Assembly (NCBI GenBank): GCA_942491665.1
Contig: CALOBR010000015.1
Coordinates: 7,908 to 71,907, forward strand
DNA from: Jiangellales bacterium
Lineage (GTDB): Bacteria; Actinomycetota; Actinomycetes; Jiangellales; Jiangellaceae
Length of the DNA stretch: 64,000 nucleotides
Direction: 5' to 3'
Program-made: the position numbers and the translations under genes
In this document: positions 57,746-64,000 of the stretch, one piece after another
How the letters are laid out: each line of letters opens with the position of its first letter
Position numbering within the stretch: position 1 is the first letter of the stretch
Notes under the pieces: model-generated
The model's database searches: none
What the model was told of the DNA's origin: nothing
Seen by the model: the letters and a program-made list of their open reading frames with translations, nothing else

Positions 57746-58930
57746 ATGGGAGTCGACACGCCACAGATGCACGAGGCCAGCATCGACCCGGACACCGACG
57801 CGGACGTGGCCGTGGAGTCGATGGTCGGGGACCGTGAGCGGCTCACCGCTGTCGTGCGCCGCGTGACCGGACGAGCCGACGCGCAGGTCGCCACCGTCAG
57901 GGTCCGCCCGGCCTCGCGCCGGGTGGAGAACTACACGACGCAGGCGCTGACCCACGTGTGGGGGACCCTGGTCGACGGGACACCCTGGCGGGTGTTCGCC
58001 AAGACGCTGCGCCCGGCCTGGCACGCCCCGCAGTGGGAGTTGATCCCGCCGCAGTTCCACGAGCAGGTCCGGCGCACGCTGGACTGGCAGGACGAACCAC
58101 GGGTCTACGCCAGCCCGCTGGCTCGCGACCTGCCGCCCGGCGTGCGGTTCCCCCACCTGCTCGCTGTCGACGACGGCGAGGAGCGCATCACCGTGTGGCT
58201 AGAGGACGTCGACGACACCCAGGCCTGGGACCCCGCCCGCTACCAGCGCACCGCCCGCCGGCTCGGGCGGCTCGCCGGCCGCTGGCCCGAACACCGCGTG
58301 GTCGACGAGCTCGGACTGCGCCGCCGGCCACATGTGCAGACGTTGTTCAGCAAGGTCACCCATGCGGACCTGCCCGCCCTCGCCGACGACGCGCTGTGGC
58401 AGACACCGGCCCTGCAGGCCGCGACCGCCCGCCACGGCGACCTGCGCGGCGACCTGGACCGGCTGGCCGCCGTAGCCCCCACCCTGGTCGAGGCCTACGA
58501 GGACCTGCCGACCGCACTCGCCCACGGCGACGCCACCCCCGACAACCTGCACGAACCCACACCAGGCGACACCGTCGCGATCGACCTCAGCTACGTCGGA
58601 CCCGCCGCCCTCGGCAGCGACCTCAGCCAGCTGCTGGTCGGCCGGTTCGAGTCCGGCGCGGCCACCGAGCACGACCTCGACGCGATCACCGCGACGCTGC
58701 TGCCGGCCTACCTCGACGGCCTCGCCGACGAGGGGCTAGACGTCGACCCAGATCACGTCGAGGCCGGGTGGGCCATCACCCTCGCCATCAGGTCGGTCTT
58801 CACGGCCCTGCTCGTCGACCACCGCCCCGACCTCGACCAAGCAACCCGAGACGAACTGCTCGCCCGCCGCGCACTCACCTGCCGCTTCGGCCTCGACCTC
58901 GCCCTGGATGTCGCCAACCGGCTCCGCTGA
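57746..58930 (+). CDS. aminoglycoside-phosphotransferase-like (APH/choline-kinase fold) protein
   Basis: ATG 57746 is 8 nt after GGAGG. Catalytic loop HGDATPDNL and the downstream IDLSYVG. Confidence 0.75.
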   Translation: MGVDTPQMHEASIDPDTDADVAVESMVGDRERLTAVVRRVTGRADAQVATVRVRPASRRVENYTTQALTHVWGTLVDGTPWRVFAKTLRPAWHAPQWELIPPQFHEQVRRTLDWQDEPRVYASPLARDLPPGVRFPHLLAVDDGEERITVWLEDVDDTQAWDPARYQRTARRLGRLAGRWPEHRVVDELGLRRRPHVQTLFSKVTHADLPALADDALWQTPALQAATARHGDLRGDLDRLAAVAPTLVEAYEDLPTALAHGDATPDNLHEPTPGDTVAIDLSYVGPAALGSDLSQLLVGRFESGAATEHDLDAITATLLPAYLDGLADEGLDVDPDHVEAGWAITLAIRSVFTALLVDHRPDLDQATRDELLARRALTCRFGLDLALDVANRLR

Positions 58931-59060
58931 ACACCCCACCGGACCGGCCCGCGGGTACCCGACCACCAGCCGACTCGCACTGCAATCACGCGGGCCTGTG
59001 AAGGGCGCCCCCACCAGCTGAGCGAGCATTGCCGCACAACTGAAGCGACCACCCCGGGAC

Positions 59061-59070
59061 CCGCGTCACA
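59061..59070 (+). repeat. displaced left tip of repeat R9 (CCGCGTCACA)
   Basis: Matches the GYGTCAC(A/T) left tip of R7, R8 and R10. It is separated from the rest of R9 by the IS110 element. Confidence 0.45.
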
Positions 59071-59087
59071 GTGGCACCCCTCTGATG

Positions 59088-60317
59088 TCAAGTGGTCATC
59101 TGAGGCGTCTTTCGCGGTGAGGTCTGTCGGGGTCGCTGAACGGGTTGTAGCGTCGGTTGCGCGGGTCCCGGGAGTGGCTGATCCGAAGTGTCGATGGGCG
59201 GGGGCAGGTCGACCGCGCTGGATTCTTGAGACGCCCCGCAGTGCCCTCCCGGGCCCGCACTCACCTCACCACCGACCGGGCCTTCGGCCGCTGCGGCGTG
59301 GGCGTCGGCGACGAGCTGGCGGTAGATCGCATCGGAGATGCGGCGCTTCAGGCAGCGGATCGCTTCCATCGGTTTCTTGCCTTCGGCTCGCTTGCGTCGG
59401 TAGTAGGCCCGCCCGTCGCAGTCCACCCGCAGCCGGCTGATCGCGGCGATCATGTGGTTCATCCGCCGGTTCCCGGCCCGCGAGAGCCGGTGGCGGTTCT
59501 GCTCCCCGGAGGAGGCGTCCAACGGGGCGGTGCCGGTCCAGGACGCGAAGCGGTTGCGGTCAGCGAACCGGGCCACGTCCCCGACGTCGGCCAGTACCCG
59601 GGCGGCGACGACGGGGCCGACAACCCGCAGGTCCATCAGGTGGGAGTCGCGGGCCAGGACCATGGTCTTGAGCTCGGCGGTGGCCTTCTTGATCGTGGCC
59701 TCGACCGCGACCAGCTCGGCCAGCTCGTCGGCGGCGATACGCCGGCGGGTCTTCCCGGCGATGTCCCGCGGACGCACCCCGGCCAGCATCGCCTTGGCCT
59801 GACCTGTGGTGATGTCCTTCTTCGCCTGCCCCGGCAGCAGCTCGCCGAGCAGCGCCCGCAGCCGGTTGACGGTCTGGATGCGGCGCCGAGTCAGTGCCTC
59901 GCGGCGGTCGGTGAGCATCCGCAACGCCTCCAGCTCCGCGTCGACCTTCAGCACCCGAAGCCCCTCGGTACGCACCGCCACGACCGCGATCGAGTGCGCA
60001 TCATGGGCGTCGGCCTTGCGGCCGTGCCCGACATCGAGCAGCCTCGCGCGGGCGGCGAGCTTGGCCGGTACATCGACGACGTTCTCCCCAGCCTCCAGCA
60101 GCCGCTGCGCCAGCGGGCGCCCGACACCGTTGGCGCCCTCGACCGCCCACACCCGATCCGGCCAGGCCGTGGCGTACTTGCGCATCGCCGCGTAGCCGGC
60201 CTGATCGGTGGCGAACCGGCCCGACCCGAGCATCCTCTCCTGGGCGTCGACGACCTCGATCGTGGCCGACACCTTGTGGGGATCCACCCCGATGACCACC
60301 TGCTGCACCTGCTGCAT
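59088..60317 (-). CDS. IS110-family transposase (DEDD + Tnp_20 type)
   Basis: 409 aa with N-terminal VIGVDPHK (DEDD-type) and a conserved C-terminal domain (SWTGTAPLDASSGEQNRHRLSRAGNRRMN). Confidence 0.9.
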   Translation of the reverse strand: MQQVQQVVIGVDPHKVSATIEVVDAQERMLGSGRFATDQAGYAAMRKYATAWPDRVWAVEGANGVGRPLAQRLLEAGENVVDVPAKLAARARLLDVGHGRKADAHDAHSIAVVAVRTEGLRVLKVDAELEALRMLTDRREALTRRRIQTVNRLRALLGELLPGQAKKDITTGQAKAMLAGVRPRDIAGKTRRRIAADELAELVAVEATIKKATAELKTMVLARDSHLMDLRVVGPVVAARVLADVGDVARFADRNRFASWTGTAPLDASSGEQNRHRLSRAGNRRMNHMIAAISRLRVDCDGRAYYRRKRAEGKKPMEAIRCLKRRISDAIYRQLVADAHAAAAEGPVGGEVSAGPGGHCGASQESSAVDLPPPIDTSDQPLPGPAQPTLQPVQRPRQTSPRKTPQMTT

Positions 60318-60467
60318 CTGCTGCTCCCGCCTTCGCTCGAACCGATAGGGACGGCGAGGTGGGCAGTGCTACTACGAGCAGGGCAGTCCCCTCTGGAGCC
60401 ACACCTCGTCAACGGTGCCCGACGGGCTGCAAACCGATAGCGAGCCACACCCAACAACCCGGGTGGG
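60318..60467 (-). ncRNA. candidate IS110 bridge-RNA-like leader
   Basis: Three pairs of direct repeats within 150 nt: AACCGATAG (60341, 60433), GGTGGGCAG (60359, 60463 at the IS terminus) and GAGCCACACC (60397, 60443). CCCCTCTG at 60389 matches the other IS end at 59077. Confidence 0.35.
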
Positions 60468-60543
60468 CAGCCGCCTGTGGACGCACCGCGAGGAGCGCTG
60501 GCTCGGTCCTTGAACCGCGTCGATTGCGCCCAGATAGGGCTAC
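60468..60543 (+). repeat. tRNA-3'-like cassette-boundary repeat R9 (main part, expanded centre)
   Basis: GCAGCCGCCTGTGGACGCACCGCGAGGAGCGCTGGCTCGGTCCTTGAACCGCGTCGATTGCGCCCAGATAGGGCTAC. It abuts the vapC stop codon. Confidence 0.75.
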
Positions 60544-60960
60544 CTATTCGAACGGGTCGACGATGGTCAGCCCAGGCGTTGCAGAGAAGTCACTGATGTT
60601 GCGAGTAGCCAGCTCATAGCGGCCTGCGAGGCAGATGCCTGCGATCTGGGCATCGGCCAGGGACATCGGTCGGCCAGAAGCCTCGGCCGTCACCAGGATC
60701 TCAGCGGTCTGTCGGGCCGCTGGCAGGTCGTAGACAGCGACTGCCTCGGCGAAGGTGTCCACCAGCCGGCTCCAGCGCTGCTCCAGGTCAGCGCGACGTC
60801 GCCCCGCGGGCAGCCGCCCCAGCCCTCGTTCGATCTCCTCGACCGTCACGACACAGATGGTCAGGTCCGCCGGGCCGAGGCCCTGCGCCCAGGCGAGCAC
60901 CGCTCGGTCTGGTGAGTCCCTCATGAACTCCGACACCACGTTGGTGTCAGCGATGATCAC
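60544..60960 (-). CDS. vapC: PIN-domain toxin VapC
   Basis: The MIIADTNVVSE N-terminus carries the PIN acidic residues. 138 aa. 4-nt overlap with the upstream antitoxin. Confidence 0.85.
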   Translation of the reverse strand: MIIADTNVVSEFMRDSPDRAVLAWAQGLGPADLTICVVTVEEIERGLGRLPAGRRRADLEQRWSRLVDTFAEAVAVYDLPAARQTAEILVTAEASGRPMSLADAQIAGICLAGRYELATRNISDFSATPGLTIVDPFE

Positions 60961-61193
60961 GCCAGGTCCACCCGGCGTGGTTGATCGGTGCGAGACGGCA
61001 CGTCGAGGTTAGCTCCGCCGATCTCAGCCAAGGACGCATGCAATGACAGCAGGAGGTTCTGCTCGGGAAGGTCGACGGCCGCGTCCAGGATCGCCCGAAC
61101 CTCGGCCTCGACCGAACGCCCATGCTCGGCCGCTCGCCCCCGCAGCCTCGCATGCGTCCGCTCGTTTAGCTGCCTGATCGTGAGAGTACCCAT
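60957..61193 (-). CDS. vapB: ribbon-helix-helix (FitA/VapB-like) antitoxin
   Basis: ATG 61193 is 7 nt after GGAGG. MGTLTIRQLNERTHARLRGRAAEHGRSVEAEVRAIL has the RHH pattern. Confidence 0.75.
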   Translation of the reverse strand: MGTLTIRQLNERTHARLRGRAAEHGRSVEAEVRAILDAAVDLPEQNLLLSLHASLAEIGGANLDVPSRTDQPRRVDLA

Positions 61194-61252
61194 CACCCAC
61201 CTCCTGACAGCAATGCTAGCATCCAGCAGGACGTGGAGTCGCACCCCTGTGT

Positions 61253-61330
61253 GTGTCACATCGCCGCCTGTGGACGCATCGGGACGAGAGTGATGTCGGC
61301 CGGACCTGCGTCGTTTCCGCCCACGTTGAC
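61253..61330 (+). repeat. tRNA-3'-like cassette-boundary repeat R10 (expanded centre)
   Basis: GTGTCACATCGCCGCCTGTGGACGCATCGGGACGAGAGTGATGTCGGCCGGACCTGCGTCGTTTCCGCCCAC. The centre is alignable with that of R8. Confidence 0.8.
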
Positions 61331-61438
61331 GCACGCCATTGCGCGGATGAGGCGATGGGGGGCTCGCTGCATCTGGACTGCAACACCACCACAACAGCGC
61401 CGGAGCATCCTGAGGGTGAGGGAGAGGAGGTGAGCAGA

Positions 61439-62005
61439 ATGCGTGGACACAGACTGTTCGTGACGCTGCTGGCGGCGTTCTCGATGGCTGCCATGCTGCT
61501 CAGTGGGCTGCTCGTCCTGCCGCCACGATCGGGTGACGAGGTTGCCGCACCGGACTCCGCCGGACAGCGGGTGGAGACGTCGCAGGCGATCAGCGAGGAT
61601 GATCTGGTCCTGCTGGGGCGTCGCCGTCCGGGCCACGAAGGCATCAAGGCTCGCATGCGGTGGGTCGTGCTCGGGGGGACTGTCATCGCCGCCGACATCA
61701 ACCCCACGCTGCCGGGCAACAAGTCCTACAAGGTCGTGCTGAAGGTCAAGCACCAGGGCGAGTGGGTCCGCTGCGGCGCGATGCGCACCCGCAACGTCAT
61801 GGTCGGGGAGTACGTCCCGGAGTCCGCGTGGTTCACCCGTGGACCGCGGCCGCACGAGGCCGCGATCTTCGCGGACCTCTACGGGCCGTTCGACACGATC
61901 AAGTGCCCGGGAAACCCGAGGAGTGCCAAGAAGTACCGCATCGTCCTGCCGAAGCAGCACGGCTTCGAACGGACCATCTCGCGGGTCTTCCGGATTCAGC
62001 AGTAG
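61439..62005 (+). CDS. hypothetical protein with N-terminal signal/anchor helix
   Basis: ATG 61439 is 8 nt after GGAGG. Hydrophobic N-terminus LFVTLLAAFSMAAMLLSGLLVL. No family recognised. Confidence 0.55.
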   Translation: MRGHRLFVTLLAAFSMAAMLLSGLLVLPPRSGDEVAAPDSAGQRVETSQAISEDDLVLLGRRRPGHEGIKARMRWVVLGGTVIAADINPTLPGNKSYKVVLKVKHQGEWVRCGAMRTRNVMVGEYVPESAWFTRGPRPHEAAIFADLYGPFDTIKCPGNPRSAKKYRIVLPKQHGFERTISRVFRIQQ

Positions 62006-62501
62006 TGCCTCGGTCGACCTCAGGGCCACCGAGACCAGACGGGGCCGGACTCAGGCACCGTGGATGCCGAATCCGGCCCCGGCAACTGCCACCGGGCATG
62101 GTCGCGATCCCATCGACTTCCCGGCGCGTCACCACGGCCGCGTAGCGTGCGCCCGCGGCCGTGTCACTCCGGCGCCAGTGACGAACACGCTTGCGAAGAA
62201 GGCAAGCTCGACGGACAGCCAACTGCGGACTCGAAGTGCACCCACCAGTGAGTGGACCGCATTCGGTCTGGGCGCGAGATCGTCGAGACAACCCGGGCGC
62301 ATGACATGCGCACGCACCAGACGCCGGTCAGCACCGGCTGACATGCGACGACACGCCCACTGAGCCCTCTCAGTACACATCCAGTACACGCCAGCGTGTG
62401 CACTGGATGTGTAACTGGAGAGGTACAAAGCGGACTATCCAGGCACTACGTCTGCTGGGACGCCCATCGGGAAAATGCCGTCTGGCCTGGGCAAATGCTT
62501 G

Positions 62502-62575
62502 AGCCGCCTGTGGGAATCGAACCCACGACCTACGCATTACGAGTGCGTCGCTCTGGCCAACTGAGCTAAGGCGGC
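62502..62575 (-). tRNA. tRNA-Thr (anticodon CGT)
   Basis: A 74-nt cloverleaf on the minus strand: GCCGCCT-TA-GCTC-AGTTGGCCA-GAGC-G-ACGCA-CTCGTAA-TGCGT-AGGTC-GTGGG-TTCGATT-CCCAC-AGGCGGC-T. CCA is not encoded. Confidence 0.9.
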
Positions 62576-62705
62576 GAGCGGGCCATTCGGCCCGGCAGCC
62601 CGCCCAGTGTACGTGGGTCAGATCGGCGTGATTCGTCAGGCGAAGCCCATTGGCAAGCCGGGAGCCGCCGACCACTCGTTGACGCCCTCGCCGTACAGTC
62701 CCGAC

Positions 62706-64000
62706 GTGCCTGGACGTCGAGCGGCCGTCGCCGCGGGATCGACCGGGGCCGTCGAGGCTGCCGGTCACGTCCTGCGCGCAGGCGGCAACGCGGTCGACGC
62801 GGCGGTTGGCGCCGCCTTCGCGGCCACAGTCTGCGAACCAGGTCTTGCCAGCCTGGCCGGCGGGGGCTTTCTCACCGTCCGGACGGACGACGGCGAGGAG
62901 GTCGTCCACGACTTCTTCGTCAACGCGCCGGGGCTCGGTCGCCGTGACGACGCGCCCGCAACGACGTTGGACACTGTCACCATCAAGTTCGGCGGAGCCG
63001 ATCAGGTGTTCCACGCAGGACTGGGCTCGCTCGCGGTGCCTGGAACGCTGGCGGGCCTGCTGCACGCCCACGGCAGGCACGGCCGACTCGATCTCGCTGA
63101 GGTCGTTGCTCCCGCGACGCGACTCGCGACCGAGGGCTGGACTGTCGATGCGACGCAGCACTCCGTCGGCGTCCTGCTCGCCGAGATCTTCCGGTTGAGC
63201 GACGAGTGCTGGTCGCTGTACTCGATCGACGGCGCAACTCCGCCCGTCGGCTCGGTTCTTACCAACCCGGAGTTGGCAGCCACACTGCAGTCGATCGCGA
63301 GCGGGAACGTGCGCCGCTTCGCCGACATCGAGGGCGTGCGTGCGCTGCTGGACGACATCGCGGCCGTGGGCGGCGCCCTGACTGCCGACGACCTGGCCGC
63401 CTACGCCCCCGTCGAGCGGGCACCGCTGCGGGCGGGCCACCGCGGCGCGGTGCTGTCGACCAACCCGGCGCCGTCGTTCGGCGGGCCAATCCTCGCCGAG
63501 GCCACCCGGCTTCTCGGCGAGCAGGGCCCGGTGTCCACCGACGCAGCGGGCGCCACCAGGCTCATCGAGGCACTGCGCGGGGCAACGGAGCGCGAGAAGG
63601 AGCTGCGTCGCCGCGTCCAGGTCGCAGTCAAGGGGACAACGCACGTCAGCGTCGTCGATGACGACGGAGCCGTGGCATCGCTCACCCAGTCGAACGGGTC
63701 GAGCAGCGGCATCATGGTGCCGGGCGCGGGCGTCCAGATGAACAACGTAATGGGCGAAGAAGACCTGCACCCGGCGGGCCTGCACACCGCCGTCCCCGGG
63801 TCACGGATCGGCTCGATGATGGCGCCGTCCCTGCTCGACCTGCCCGACGGTCGCGTCGTGGCGCTCGGTAGCGGCGGAAGCGAGCGCATCCGCAGTGCGA
63901 TGCTGTCGGTGCTCGTGGGGCTCGTCGACCGCGGCGAGCACGCGGACGGGGCGGTCGAGGCGCCCCGCGTCCACTGGGACGGGTCAACGGTCCAGGCGGA
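62706..64000 (+). CDS. ggt: gamma-glutamyltransferase-family protein, 3' end beyond the window (absent from the ORF track)
   Basis: My own translation from GTG 62706: VPGRRAAVAAGSTGAVEAAGHVLRAGGNAVDAAVGAAFAATVCEPGLASLAGGGF...KGTTHVSVVDDDGAVASLTQSNGSSSGIMVPG...GSRIGSMMAP. It contains the GGT autoprocessing Thr context. The frame is open to the end of the window. Confidence 0.8.
   Translation, partial: MPGRRAAVAAGSTGAVEAAGHVLRAGGNAVDAAVGAAFAATVCEPGLASLAGGGFLTVRTDDGEEVVHDFFVNAPGLGRRDDAPATTLDTVTIKFGGADQVFHAGLGSLAVPGTLAGLLHAHGRHGRLDLAEVVAPATRLATEGWTVDATQHSVGVLLAEIFRLSDECWSLYSIDGATPPVGSVLTNPELAATLQSIASGNVRRFADIEGVRALLDDIAAVGGALTADDLAAYAPVERAPLRAGHRGAVLSTNPAPSFGGPILAEATRLLGEQGPVSTDAAGATRLIEALRGATEREKELRRRVQVAVKGTTHVSVVDDDGAVASLTQSNGSSSGIMVPGAGVQMNNVMGEEDLHPAGLHTAVPGSRIGSMMAPSLLDLPDGRVVALGSGGSERIRSAMLSVLVGLVDRGEHADGAVEAPRVHWDGSTVQA

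Larger units (their letters stand above)
59071..60467 (-). mobile_element. IS110-family insertion sequence inserted into repeat R9; ends within a few nt
   Basis: The transposase fills most of the element and the 3' end is short (17 nt after the stop). A 150-nt 5' leader is present. 8-9-mers from both termini recur inside the leader. Confidence 0.65.

Noticed and set aside
38726-61330. Interpreting the repeat array as a canonical integron (attC sites) or as a CRISPR array.
   Set aside because: There is no RYYYAAC/GTTRRRY attC ends, the cassette genes lie in both orientations, and no IntI-type integrase with attI/Pc is present. Spacing of 0.8-6 kb with protein-coding content is incompatible with CRISPR. 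The array is therefore reported as a distinct, unclassified repeat/cassette structure.

Overview
High-GC, actinobacterial-type chromosomal segment. All calls rest on reading the sequence and ORF translations; no searches were run. The window has two different halves.

(A) 1-38.2 kb holds membrane, ion-homeostasis and stress-type genes with strong internal paralogy:
- three DUF1254/DUF1214 genes plus one 3' fragment
- three DUF1269-like glycine-zipper proteins
- two SulP/STAS anion transporters
- two DUF7144-like membrane proteins
- two large LuxR/LAL regulators
- single copies of a ClC channel, P-type ATPase, PPK2, ABC1/UbiB kinase, DUF2252, DUF2254, DAG-kinase-family and metallophosphoesterase genes

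This half is interrupted by an IS21 copy with a decayed istB and by several gene fragments. Eleven intergenic positions carry the same oriented palindrome YACCC-N5-GGGTG(AGG), 55-100 nt upstream of start codons. This is a candidate shared operator or promoter element.

(B) 38.7-62.6 kb is an accessory region lying downstream of the 3' end of tRNA-Thr(CGT) at 62502..62575. Ten co-oriented repeats, whose left arm is collinear with the tRNA 3' end, cut it into cassettes of about 0.8-6 kb. The cassettes carry:
- four toxin-antitoxin modules (2x HepT/MNT, MazEF-like, VapBC)
- a 5'-truncated tyrosine recombinase that abuts a repeat
- an IS110 element inserted inside a repeat, with a bridge-RNA-like leader
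- a SARP regulator
- several unknown genes

This repeat/cassette array is the most unusual structure in the window. At the right edge a gamma-glutamyltransferase-family gene runs off the window; it is not in the ORF track.
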